In this document: in pieces, positions 1 to 9,608 of the stretch
Layout: the number at the start of each line of letters is the position of its first letter
Position numbering within the stretch: position 1 is the stretch's first letter
Source: a virus
Lineage: Duplodnaviria; Caudoviricetes
Strand: one strand, 5' to 3'
DNA: 64,000 nucleotides
IMG/VR virus record: IMGVR_UViG_3300037424_001585
Span: 3,952-67,951 of that record
Program-made: the position numbers and the translations under genes
The notes under the pieces: generated by a model
What the model saw: only the letters and a program-made list of their open reading frames with translations
What the model was told of the DNA's origin: nothing
Databases searched by the model: none

Positions 1-9
1 TATCTCGCG

Positions 10-1794
10 ATGCCCGCAGGCTTCTGCCCCGTGCATGGGTGGTGGCGGGAAGGGCAGGCGGATGCCTATGAAGCGGTGGCCTATGGGGAAGGCACGGTCC
101 CTGGTCTTGCTCCCGGCATGATTGATTGTTTTGTGGGGAACCCCTTTGACACCGTCTTCGACAGCGCGGCGCGCCGTGGCTCGATTCATTGGTGTACCTA
201 CGGGCGCCTCGTTCCTGCCAGCATCTTCCGCGAGAAGTTCGGGCACATCCACGGGGTGAAAAATCTCCAGGGCACCACCAAGATTCCTTCCGCCGCGCTC
301 TTCCAGCGCATCGCGCAGGACTGGCGTCTGGGCGACATTGGGATTCATGGGAGCGCGGTCGTGGACATCCGCCGTGGCTATGCCGAGAGCGCGGACGAGA
401 TGATGGTGGTGCTCTGCCAGGAGATACTTCCCGGCGTCACCGCTGAGTACCCCGAAGGCCGCTTGCAGATTGTGGGGATTCCGGGGGATGTGGACTTGCG
501 GCGCGGCCGAGGGAGCCCGCGCGGGGACGGGATCGTGGTGCATGATCTCCCGCTGCCCGCAGGCGACTTCTCGTGGAGCCTCTTCTACTCGCATCACCGG
601 GGTGATGATGTCCTCGGCAAACCGTGGGTGGAAGACCTCGATCCGATCCAACTCGATTTGAACATCGCGCTCTCGAACCGCTGGGAGCACCTCATCAAGA
701 TGAAAGAGGCGCCGATTGTCGGACCAGGCGGCGCGCTCGCCGATGACATGCTTGATATCGGTGGGTACAACTACATCGAGGTGGAGCCCACGGTGGGGAC
801 GTGGCGCCCGCGTGTCATGGAGTGGCCGCAGGCCGTCCTCGCCGGGCTTACGCGCGAGTGTGATGAGAAGCGCCGAGCGCTCTACACCATCGGAGGATAC
901 AACGCCGCCTCGCGCGGGGAGGCTCCCGGCTCTCGCACTCCGTACCGCGCGCTGGTGGTCATGCAGCAAGCGGACAGTTCGATTCACGGCCCGGTGAACC
1001 AGCGCTTCCGGGAATCTGCGTGCGATTTCATGGGGCGGTGCTGGAAGCAGATGAAGACCTATGGCAACGTGCCGTGGCTCATCGACATCACGGGGAGTCA
1101 GTACGCACATCTCGTGGAGCCCTACATCAGCAACGCACAGCTTTCCGAGCGCCCCCCACGGTACAAGCTCGTGAACGCGTTCGGCCCGAGTCCTGAGCTA
1201 CGCGCTCAGGAAGTGCTGGAGTTGATGAAGCTCAAGGGCGCGGACGGCAAGGTCTTCCTCACAACGGATGAAGCGAAACAACAGTACCCGGATATCACCC
1301 TCTTCGATAACACGACCGATCCAAAGGCGGTGCAGCGGCGCCGGGCGCGCACGGTGGCCTCGGCCATTCATACCCTTGCCCAACAGGTCCGCGTACAGGG
1401 AGTGCCGGAGCAAGGGATTCCCCCTGTACAGGGCGTGAACCTGATGGACAAGGACGTGCAGCAAGCGGCGTTCTACATCTTCGGGGTGATCGAAACCAAG
1501 TACCCACGTTTGCGGGACGATGATCTCCAAGCGCACCTCGATACTCTCTCTGAAATCGCACAGGACGAAACCGCTGACCCGCTTGCCCGACTCCCGGCGA
1601 TCCGTCGTGAGGGGCTCTTCTACGAATGGCAAGCCATGCAGGCCGGAGTGATGCCGACGCAGGCGACACCCCAAGGTCCTGCCCCACGCGCCGACAGCCT
1701 CGGTCCCGGCCGGACGAACCGGCCCGATCGCCTTGGGACTGCCCGCGCACGACCTGACGCCGCCACCGGCCGCGTCCAAGGAGGTATGGTATGA
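10..1794 (+). CDS. portal protein (frame open to window edge, probably 5'-truncated)
   Basis: 594-aa ORF with no stop back to position 1; directly precedes scaffold and capsid; helical content and low-complexity C-terminal tail typical of podovirus portals. Mainly a synteny call. Confidence 0.7.
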   Translation: MPAGFCPVHGWWREGQADAYEAVAYGEGTVPGLAPGMIDCFVGNPFDTVFDSAARRGSIHWCTYGRLVPASIFREKFGHIHGVKNLQGTTKIPSAALFQRIAQDWRLGDIGIHGSAVVDIRRGYAESADEMMVVLCQEILPGVTAEYPEGRLQIVGIPGDVDLRRGRGSPRGDGIVVHDLPLPAGDFSWSLFYSHHRGDDVLGKPWVEDLDPIQLDLNIALSNRWEHLIKMKEAPIVGPGGALADDMLDIGGYNYIEVEPTVGTWRPRVMEWPQAVLAGLTRECDEKRRALYTIGGYNAASRGEAPGSRTPYRALVVMQQADSSIHGPVNQRFRESACDFMGRCWKQMKTYGNVPWLIDITGSQYAHLVEPYISNAQLSERPPRYKLVNAFGPSPELRAQEVLELMKLKGADGKVFLTTDEAKQQYPDITLFDNTTDPKAVQRRRARTVASAIHTLAQQVRVQGVPEQGIPPVQGVNLMDKDVQQAAFYIFGVIETKYPRLRDDDLQAHLDTLSEIAQDETADPLARLPAIRREGLFYEWQAMQAGVMPTQATPQGPAPRADSLGPGRTNRPDRLGTARARPDAATGRVQGGMV

Positions 1795-3152
1795 CGGCTC
1801 CCCCAGTCGTTGCTGCTCCGGCTCCGGCAGTGATGCCCACTCCGGCCATCACAGAACCCACAGTAGTTCCCACGGCTGCTCCCGTGACACCAGCGGCGGC
1901 GCCTGTAAGCACGCCTCCTGCCCCTGCTCCCGAGACCATTCCAGCGGCGCCTGTCACCTCTCCCGCCGAGCCAAAGCTGCTCAGCAAACGAGAGGCCCAG
2001 CAAGCAGCGGGAGAACGCTTGAAGGCCGCGTTGGTGAGGGAGACACCGACGCCTCCTGGCACGCCTCCGGTGACGCCCGAGGTGCCCCCAGCGTCTCTGG
2101 CTGTCTCTCCACCCCCTGTGACGGGTGCTGAAGCCTCTCCGGTCACTCCAGGGGCGCCTGTGACTCCTGTCCCAGACGCCTTGCGCACGCCGGTCGAGCC
2201 ATTGCGGAAGATCGAGATCGACCCGCACCATCCCGCGTTGGGAGGCCGGAAGCTGGACACGATCACGGTCGAGAGCCAGCGGGAGGAGGAGTTCGTTCGC
2301 TCGTTGCTCAACGGGACGTACTACCGGCGCCAGGATGTGGAGCGGTCTCAGTCACGCCTGCAACAGCTTGAAGAGGAGAATCGCACGCTCCGTCGTCAAG
2401 TCATCGAGCGGGAGACGGTGGAGACCGCACGCAACGAGTGGGAGGGTACACCAGCGTATCAGGCCGCGCTGGAAGAGTACACCCGGATCAAGGAAACGGT
2501 TGGGGAGAAAGCCGCGCTGAATTACTGGCTCGGTGCGCAGACCGACTTCCAGAAAGCCGCGAAGACCAAGCTCACCGAGCGTATCACGGAAGACGAGGCG
2601 CAAGAAGCCCAACGGATCGCGCAGGACTGGGAGCGCACAGCGTATGATCGTACGGCGGATTGGCTGTTACCTGCTGTCCGCGATCTCCCGCAGTTTGCAC
2701 AGTGGTTCCAAGATGCCGCTCGCGCTTTCGACGCGGAACTGGCCCTCGGACTAATTGCGGAAGCTGTCGATTACGAGTCAATGCACAAGGCGTTCGTCCC
2801 CTACCTGCAATCGCGCTTGATGGCGAAGACAACCGTGCGGGAAGTCCTCGCACGCTTGTCGCAGGAGCAAACCAATCAAACCAAGGCCGCAGCCGACGCT
2901 GCCGCCAAAGCCGTACAGGACAAGAAGGCGATCGAGGATGCCGCTGTGGCTCGCTACTTGAAGGAGCAAGCGGAGAAGCGCGCCGTGGCGCCCCCCAATC
3001 CATTGGCGGGAGTCGCTGCCACCTCACGCCCTGTTGCGCCTGCCGCGACGCCCGAGCCGACCCAGCCTCCGGCCACCGGACACGAAGCCAAACGGATCGC
3101 CCGAGAAGCAGGGGCACGTATCGCCCGTCAGCGCTTCGGAGGCCAACCATGA
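1791..3152 (+). CDS. capsid scaffolding protein
   Basis: Lies between portal and capsid; ATGA overlap; Pro/Ala/Thr-rich N-terminus, coiled-coil core, basic C-terminal helix (AKRIAREAGARIARQRF). Confidence 0.55.
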   Translation: MTAPPVVAAPAPAVMPTPAITEPTVVPTAAPVTPAAAPVSTPPAPAPETIPAAPVTSPAEPKLLSKREAQQAAGERLKAALVRETPTPPGTPPVTPEVPPASLAVSPPPVTGAEASPVTPGAPVTPVPDALRTPVEPLRKIEIDPHHPALGGRKLDTITVESQREEEFVRSLLNGTYYRRQDVERSQSRLQQLEEENRTLRRQVIERETVETARNEWEGTPAYQAALEEYTRIKETVGEKAALNYWLGAQTDFQKAAKTKLTERITEDEAQEAQRIAQDWERTAYDRTADWLLPAVRDLPQFAQWFQDAARAFDAELALGLIAEAVDYESMHKAFVPYLQSRLMAKTTVREVLARLSQEQTNQTKAAADAAAKAVQDKKAIEDAAVARYLKEQAEKRAVAPPNPLAGVAATSRPVAPAATPEPTQPPATGHEAKRIAREAGARIARQRFGGQP

Positions 3153-3191
3153 CCATACACGCTGGGATAGCAAACCAGCAGGGAGCCATAC

Positions 3192-4520
3192 ATGGCGCTC
3201 GGTAGCCAGGCCACAACGGCTGAACTCATATCCGAACTCACTGGGCTGACGCACGACATCTTCGTCGGTCAGGTGCAGAAGAACGTGCGGCGGGAATCTG
3301 CCGCCGCCATGCTCTTCCAAGAGGCCGGTGCGGGCCAGTACCACATGGAAGGGCAGAACATGGTGTTCGCCACTGATCTGAACACGATCGGCGGCGGGAT
3401 GGCCTCCAGCGGTAACCTGCCCGACCATGTCGGGTTGGATGCCGTGCAGGGCAAGATCACCCCGATTCGCCGGTACCGCCGGATCGCGTTGGACAATCTG
3501 GTCGAGTTGCGAGCTAGCGGGCCGGGCGCGTTCGAGAACTTGGGGACGCGCATCGTCGATCTCCTGTGGGAATCGTGGAAGAACATGGAGATTCGACACG
3601 CGATTGGGGCGTCCTCGACGCTCATCGGGACTGTGGAGAGCCGTACCTCCTCCACCGCGTTTGTTATCAAGGACGGGTACGGGAACGTTGGGACCAACCC
3701 CACCATCAACCTGATCGAGGGCATGCCGATCGCCTGGTGGGACATTACCGCGACCGCCGCCATTGACGGCGCGGCCAAGATCAGCACCGCGACCCCGATC
3801 AATCACACCACGCGGGCGATCACGGTGGACTCGGCGACGACCTGGGAGCCCGGCGACATCCTCGCGGCGGGTGACCTGATCTACGCCTGCACCACGAACA
3901 ACATCAGCACGGATTACTTCGAGGCCGAGCGCAACCTCGGCCCGAACGGGCTCGGCACGATCGTGGACCCGAGTGCAGGTTCGACCACGGTGTTCAACAT
4001 CTCCGAGACCACGAACCCCCGGTGGAAGCCGTTCCGTAAGGATTCGGTGACCTTCGACCACCTCGAACTCACTGAGCACTGGTTGCAGCTTGGCCAGAAG
4101 CGCGGCTTCGAGGTGACGCCGGGCAGCGATGTGGTTATCACCTTCCCCTCCGCACGGGCGCAACTCGCGCGGAGCTTGATCGGCTTCCAGCAGCAGACGC
4201 AGTTGGGTGGGACGCTCACGGGTGGCTGGACGGGTCTCACCGTGAACGGCATCCCCATCAAGGCGGACGGCTTCTTCTACCACAATGTGTGCATGACCCT
4301 GCACACGCCGTCCCTGTACCGCGTGACCCTCGGTGGGGAAGCAGATTTCAAGGCCGAGGATGGCTCGCAGTGGAGCCGGATCGCGGACTTCGATGGGAAG
4401 GAAGCGTACGTCGGGGAGTACATGAACTTCTTCTGCACGCACCGGGGAGCGAATGGTGCGCTGACAGGGATCACGACGGACGTGACCGACGCGGACTTTG
4501 AACCGGTGCCAAATTATTAG
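3192..4520 (+). CDS. major capsid protein (HK97 fold)
   Basis: 442 aa, GGGAG RBS, strongly biased codons, follows scaffold; sequence character of P22-coat-like capsids. Confidence 0.8.
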   Translation: MALGSQATTAELISELTGLTHDIFVGQVQKNVRRESAAAMLFQEAGAGQYHMEGQNMVFATDLNTIGGGMASSGNLPDHVGLDAVQGKITPIRRYRRIALDNLVELRASGPGAFENLGTRIVDLLWESWKNMEIRHAIGASSTLIGTVESRTSSTAFVIKDGYGNVGTNPTINLIEGMPIAWWDITATAAIDGAAKISTATPINHTTRAITVDSATTWEPGDILAAGDLIYACTTNNISTDYFEAERNLGPNGLGTIVDPSAGSTTVFNISETTNPRWKPFRKDSVTFDHLELTEHWLQLGQKRGFEVTPGSDVVITFPSARAQLARSLIGFQQQTQLGGTLTGGWTGLTVNGIPIKADGFFYHNVCMTLHTPSLYRVTLGGEADFKAEDGSQWSRIADFDGKEAYVGEYMNFFCTHRGANGALTGITTDVTDADFEPVPNY

Positions 4521-4561
4521 CAGGCACTTGCTAACTTATAGGGTTGGTAGGGCAGTAGTGG

Positions 4562-4585
4562 GGGCGGGGCTTCGACCCCGCTCCC
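4562..4585 (+). terminator. GC hairpin with UUCG loop after capsid gene
   Basis: gggcggggc-ttcg-accccgctccc; no U-tract, so termination is uncertain. Confidence 0.3.
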
Positions 4586-4690
4586 AGCAGTACGCAGGGA
4601 CGTATGGACTACCCGATGCCATGGGGTATCGGGACCTTCAATCGGGGCGTTGACGGGAAAGAGCACCCTGAGCCCAAGGAGCACACTGCC

Positions 4691-5605
4691 ATGACCACAC
4701 GGAAAGCTGCACGCATTCGCGTCGAACCGTTGATCGCGTTCGGGGTCCCGCTAAACGGGAGTGGTATTGTTCTCCCCGGTTTAGGCAGTCAGTGGTTCGT
4801 GAACGGTGCGCATACAGGCGCCTTCGGACGAGGTGATAGCTTCGACCATCCCCTTCAAACCGTCCAAGCGGCCGTGGATGCGGCGGCGGCCGGGGACATG
4901 ATCTTCATTGCGCCCACCGAGTATGACGAGGACGTCACCGTCTCCACGTCGCGCCTGACGCTCGTGGGTGCTGGTCCGCGTGGTAGTGTGCGGATCACGG
5001 GTGTCGCAGCGGGAACGGCGACCGCACTCACTCTGAGCGGGGCAGCGGCCCAACTGGCGGATTGCGGACTCTACAACCTGAACTTGGAAGGTCGCACTGG
5101 CGGGTCGGGACTGGAGATGACCGGCCAGATCCGTCGGGTCGAGGTGCGCGGTTGCAAGATCGGTGGGAACGATCAAGCCGTGCTGATGAGCGTGCCCGCC
5201 AGCAGTCAGTTCGTGGACGTGCGGTTTGAGGATTGCGTGATCGCCGACGCCGCAATCGGCATCAGCGTCTCGTATTCCGGCGGCGATCCTGGGCACAAAC
5301 TGGTGGTCAAGGATTGCGTGTTCCAGAAGATCACGACGGACTGCATCCTCGAAAACGGGGCCACGCACGACTACGCGATCTACGGAAATATCTTCACGGC
5401 GGCGGATGATACCCTACCGACGCAGTTCCTAGACATCGACTCCACAGGCTCGACGGGTTTCGTCTGTGGTAACTACTTCGCAGGCAGTCTGTGGAGCACG
5501 GCGCTCTTTGCGATTGCCTCTGGCGTACTCGTCGCCGGCAATTACACCGAAGCTGAATCGGGTGGCGGTGGTGCCAGCGGTGCTACCGGGCGTCCGGACG
5601 CCTAA
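4691..5605 (+). CDS. right-handed beta-helix (pectin-lyase-like) virion protein
   Basis: PLQTVQAAVDAAAAGDMIFIAPTEYDEDV start-of-helix motif then repeating beta-coil pattern; AAGGAG RBS favours ATG 4691 over 4604. Confidence 0.6.
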   Translation: MTTRKAARIRVEPLIAFGVPLNGSGIVLPGLGSQWFVNGAHTGAFGRGDSFDHPLQTVQAAVDAAAAGDMIFIAPTEYDEDVTVSTSRLTLVGAGPRGSVRITGVAAGTATALTLSGAAAQLADCGLYNLNLEGRTGGSGLEMTGQIRRVEVRGCKIGGNDQAVLMSVPASSQFVDVRFEDCVIADAAIGISVSYSGGDPGHKLVVKDCVFQKITTDCILENGATHDYAIYGNIFTAADDTLPTQFLDIDSTGSTGFVCGNYFAGSLWSTALFAIASGVLVAGNYTEAESGGGGASGATGRPDA

Positions 5606-5607
5606 GC

Positions 5608-6225
5608 ATGGCGCTCGTGCAGCACGTTCGCATTGCTCGGGGGGGCTTGCCCAGCCCCCCGGTCGAAGTTGCCGACGCGGTGGAGGAGTACGCGCGGCAG
5701 TGGGGGCGGCACGCGACCTTGGCGTTCCGCCCGACCATGTTTGCCAACCAACGCATTCTCCGTGGGACTTGGGTGGTGTGCCTCACGCTACGGGCGGATG
5801 ACAAACGCCTGAAATTGTCCCAAGAAGGGCGTGTCGCATCACCGCCCACGGAGGATGTGTGGTTGCACGAACCCAACCCGGAGGTGGGGAAGCTGATTCC
5901 AGGGACGTACGGATTGCAAGAACCCCCCATGCGGGCGCTCCCCATCGAACAACTTGGGGCAACAGGCGTCGTCCGCTTCTTGGAGCGCGGGAATATGTGG
6001 AGCGGGCGGACCAAGACGCACTCACCGGAACAGGCGATGCGTCAGGGGGATGCTGACGAACGCGCCAAGATCGAACAAGCTCACGCTGCGGCCCGCGAGG
6101 CTGGCGCGAAGATGGCCAGCGATCAGCGCCGCAGCCGATTCAAGATTCCCTTCGTGCGGGTCGGGATCGACCTGCTGAAGAAGGGAACCCCACGCGCCGC
6201 TGCGAAGCCGCGCAAGGAGCGATAA
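5608..6225 (+). CDS. hypothetical head-module protein
   Basis: 205-aa ORF tightly packed in the operon. Confidence 0.6.
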   Translation: MALVQHVRIARGGLPSPPVEVADAVEEYARQWGRHATLAFRPTMFANQRILRGTWVVCLTLRADDKRLKLSQEGRVASPPTEDVWLHEPNPEVGKLIPGTYGLQEPPMRALPIEQLGATGVVRFLERGNMWSGRTKTHSPEQAMRQGDADERAKIEQAHAAAREAGAKMASDQRRSRFKIPFVRVGIDLLKKGTPRAAAKPRKER

Positions 6226-6229
6226 CGCT

Positions 6230-6898
6230 ATGTCGAGGATGCTGGCCAGGATCAAGAAGTGGTCGGTGAGCGAGAACCTGCCGCCCGCTGGGTCCGTGCC
6301 CGCCGGGATGACCCCGGACGGGAAGCAGTTGTTCTATCTGGAGACCCCGCGCGTCAAGGGCGTCCCGAAAATGCGGAAGGTCAAGCAGGCAGACGGCGAG
6401 ATCGTGGAGGAGCGTGACTACGCCAAGAACCCCATGACCGCCGAGCCCCTGTACCCCAAGAACAAGCCGGAGCGCTGGACGCGGAAACGCTTGTTCTTCA
6501 TGGAGGATCAGGGGAACGGGAACAACACGATGGTGGACTACGCCCCGCCCACCGAGGAAGAGATTCAGCGCGAGATGAAGCGCCAGAAGGTCAAGGCGAT
6601 GGAAGGCCAACTCGCGGAGGCCCTGGTAGACATGGGCGTGGACTCCCCCGAGGCCCTGCGCACGCTGCTCGCGTCGGGGAAGCCGGGGAAGGCAGGGAAG
6701 GGGACGACGCCCCCTGTGGAGAGTGCAGCACCTGCCACAAGCGATGCCGCCCCGTTCATCGAACCGAAAGAACTCGGCGCGGGGTGGTGGGAGTTAGCGA
6801 ACGGGACCAAGGTTCGAGGGAAGAAGGAGCAAGCGCGTGAAGCGCAACGGCGTCTGCGGGAAGCCAAGGTCTTCGCGGAGCAGACGCCTGAGCATTAA
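6230..6898 (+). CDS. hypothetical head-module protein
   Basis: 222-aa ORF tightly packed in the operon. Confidence 0.6.
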   Translation: MSRMLARIKKWSVSENLPPAGSVPAGMTPDGKQLFYLETPRVKGVPKMRKVKQADGEIVEERDYAKNPMTAEPLYPKNKPERWTRKRLFFMEDQGNGNNTMVDYAPPTEEEIQREMKRQKVKAMEGQLAEALVDMGVDSPEALRTLLASGKPGKAGKGTTPPVESAAPATSDAAPFIEPKELGAGWWELANGTKVRGKKEQAREAQRRLREAKVFAEQTPEH

Positions 6899-6907
6899 CG
6901 GAGGACG

Positions 6908-7591
6908 ATGGACCTCGACTCAGTAGAAAAGGTCAAGGATGCCTGGTACCGCTTGGTCGGGACGAATCCCGATGATGCCGCGCTCACCGAACTCGGGGAG
7001 AGCGAGGATGACATTGCGTACCAGTACCTCACGCGCGGGTGTCGCAAAGCCCAACGGTACTTGCTCAAGCAGGGCTATCGGGGCTGGCACACCCGCTCGT
7101 CCGCGCTCTCGTGGTCGGGGACGGATGCAGCGAACGGGGGGCAGTACACGGCCCTCCCCTCGGACTTCCTGCGCGCGGCGGGGGACGAACGGGTCTCAGC
7201 CCTTCGTGAGGCCAACGGTGATCCGTGGGGGCAGCAGGTAGACATTCGCCAAGGCACCCTGCGCGGAAGCGGGTACTACTTCAAAGGGGATGAACTCTGG
7301 TTGACACGCGGAGCTACCCCGCCCACCACGCTCTACCTCGAATACCATACAGCGCATGCCGCCTGGACCTCGGTGGTCACCATCGACTTCCCCTTGGAGG
7401 TGCGTGCGCTGATCGTCGCGGAAGGCGCGGATGCCGCGATGGAGGAGAACTGGCTCCCCGGAGGCCGGGAGATGGAGGCCAAGATCGATCGGGCGCTTAA
7501 GCGAGCGCGGTTGGAAGCGCAGGACTTCGCGCGCCCGACGCGCCAGCCGAGGCAATTCAGGAAGGTTCGCCGGGTGGGAGGGCATTACTGA
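6908..7591 (+). CDS. head-tail adaptor (P22 gp4 / T7 tubular protein A-like)
   Basis: GGAGG RBS; 227 aa; N-terminal helices, YTALPSDFLR beta region, C-terminal helices and basic tail; position before nozzle. Confidence 0.6.
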   Translation: MDLDSVEKVKDAWYRLVGTNPDDAALTELGESEDDIAYQYLTRGCRKAQRYLLKQGYRGWHTRSSALSWSGTDAANGGQYTALPSDFLRAAGDERVSALREANGDPWGQQVDIRQGTLRGSGYYFKGDELWLTRGATPPTTLYLEYHTAHAAWTSVVTIDFPLEVRALIVAEGADAAMEENWLPGGREMEAKIDRALKRARLEAQDFARPTRQPRQFRKVRRVGGHY

Positions 7592-8844
7592 TGCACTTCG
7601 CCCGTCGTCCCTCGGGGTTGTTGGTCCCGGAGCCGATCCGGGCCCTGAGTCGACGTGTGGCTGGACGCGGGGGACGGACAGGGAAGATCGTCGGGAGCCG
7701 TCCGCCAACAGCAGTGGCTGGCGGCGGTGGTGGCGGTGGGGTCACGGTCACCGATGTCACCGAACCTCGGGCGACCATCGGCCAGACCATCGTCATCAAC
7801 GGGACGGGGTTCACCGCCGGTCAGGCGGTGTTGGTTGACGGGCAGACCGTGACAAGTCCGACGTTCGACTCCTCGGTGCAGATCACCGCCACGGTGCCCG
7901 CGGGCGTGACCCGGGACGTGACGGTGGATGTCAGTGTCGCCGGGGTGACGCTCGTGGATGCGTTCATCGTGGAGCCCAAGTTCGGGGCAGACGAACCGAC
8001 CGCCCCCGCTACCGAAATCCTCATCGCGGACTTCGCCCCCGGTGACCTGAATGGGGGTGGGTTGTACCTCTTCGATTCGTTCAACACCTATACCGACAAC
8101 GGCAACGACATCGCCTTGGTCGCGCAGACCGCCAATCACTACGGCAACTTCTTCGGCTCCGGGGCGCTGACGGCGTGGGCCAACTCGTCCACCGGGAAGT
8201 CGCTGATTACGGGACGCGGTGGGTCCGGGTTGGCCATGCGGAACCAGTACAGCGCCTCGACCATGCGGCACATCTGGCAGTCGCCGTGGATCAACGGGTA
8301 CCTCGGGACGTTCAACGCTGTTGCCAACAGCCTCGTTGTGGAAGTCTGGGTTCGGTTCCCCGACGCCGGGAACTTCTACGGGAACGTCGGTGGCAAGTTC
8401 ATCGAGTTGTGGTATTCCACGAGCGACCGCATCCAGCTCGGCATCACTGGCGGAGCCTTCCATTTCAATCCGGGCGGCGTGGGAGAAGGTCAGGAGATCG
8501 GGGAACAACCCGTAGACCCCCATCCAGGCGACTTGAACGATGCCAACTGGCATCGCGCCAAGATTCTGATCCGCAACAACACGAGCGACGGCTCGCCCTC
8601 AAGCCGGGATGGTCGTGCCGCCGCGTGGGTCAACGGCACAAAAATCTGTGACGTGTCCTCTGCGACGATTGGGGTCACGCCCTCCGGTGGTAGCAAGGAG
8701 TGGTGTTCGGCGGCGGACGTGGATGCCCTTCCCTACGGGAACACCACGTACCGCATCGCGTATTTGCAGTTCCCTGAACTCGCCAACGACATCACCGGGA
8801 CGTTCAACGTGGACCACGACGACCTGAAGGTGTGGGTGCAATGA
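7591..8844 (+). CDS. IPT/TIG (Ig-like) plus lectin-like beta-sandwich appendage protein
   Basis: EPRATIGQTIVINGTGFTAGQAVLVDG...ITATVPAG is an IPT/TIG pattern; the C-terminal part (EVWVRFPD, WHRAKILIR, AAAWVNG) resembles concanavalin/polysaccharide-lyase folds. Confidence 0.6.
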   Translation: MHFARRPSGLLVPEPIRALSRRVAGRGGRTGKIVGSRPPTAVAGGGGGGGVTVTDVTEPRATIGQTIVINGTGFTAGQAVLVDGQTVTSPTFDSSVQITATVPAGVTRDVTVDVSVAGVTLVDAFIVEPKFGADEPTAPATEILIADFAPGDLNGGGLYLFDSFNTYTDNGNDIALVAQTANHYGNFFGSGALTAWANSSTGKSLITGRGGSGLAMRNQYSASTMRHIWQSPWINGYLGTFNAVANSLVVEVWVRFPDAGNFYGNVGGKFIELWYSTSDRIQLGITGGAFHFNPGGVGEGQEIGEQPVDPHPGDLNDANWHRAKILIRNNTSDGSPSSRDGRAAAWVNGTKICDVSSATIGVTPSGGSKEWCSAADVDALPYGNTTYRIAYLQFPELANDITGTFNVDHDDLKVWVQ

Positions 8845-9599
8845 CCTACGTCGTCGGCAGTGCCCGCGTCACGTCAGCCGGTGGGGTGACCTCAATCACC
8901 GACAGCGCCTTCGTGCTGTCGGGGGGCCCGAACCGGAAGGTGTTCGCGGCGGTCGGCACCGAGGACGCTTTTGCGGACGGTTGGACGCACGGCGGCGGGG
9001 TGACCTTCAATGGCGTCGCCATGACGCGCCTGGTCCCGACCGCCAGTGACCTCGTAGTGGAGACCACCCGGCGGCGGTTGTCCGTCTGGCGCATCGACGA
9101 AGCCAACCTGCCCGCAGCGGGGACCTACTCCGTGGTGGCCACGTTGGCCGATGGCGCCAACTCCCCCGAGGGCATCGGACTGATTGTCTGGGAGCATACC
9201 GGACTGGCCGCCGGGGCGGCCTCCGACGTGGAAACCCATGCGCCCGGCTCCGGCCAGACCGTCACGACCAACGAAATCACCCCCACGGGAGCGGACGACA
9301 TCATTGTTGTGGGCTTCCATTCCGGCGTGGTGACCACCGCCGTCCCCGACACCTCAGACTACACCGCCGTGGAGCGCGTGGAGGCGGTCATCCAGACCAA
9401 TCAGTGCTCCATGTACCTCTCGACCGCTGATGCGGTGGCGGCGGGCACGTACAGCGCCGGGATTACCTGGGATCCCTCGGGGGTCATCGGCCAGTGCGTG
9501 GCGGCGCTGAGTCCCGCCGCCGCTGGGGGCAACACCGGCTCTGATCTCCGCACACAACCCCGAGGGATTGGCCGAGGCATCGGTCGAGGACTGGCGTAA
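8841..9599 (+). CDS. putative virion appendage protein
   Basis: Beta-rich Ala/Gly/Thr ORF; ATGA overlap at 8841. Confidence 0.55.
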   Translation: MTYVVGSARVTSAGGVTSITDSAFVLSGGPNRKVFAAVGTEDAFADGWTHGGGVTFNGVAMTRLVPTASDLVVETTRRRLSVWRIDEANLPAAGTYSVVATLADGANSPEGIGLIVWEHTGLAAGAASDVETHAPGSGQTVTTNEITPTGADDIIVVGFHSGVVTTAVPDTSDYTAVERVEAVIQTNQCSMYLSTADAVAAGTYSAGITWDPSGVIGQCVAALSPAAAGGNTGSDLRTQPRGIGRGIGRGLA

Positions 9600-9608
9600 G
9601 GAGCACAC

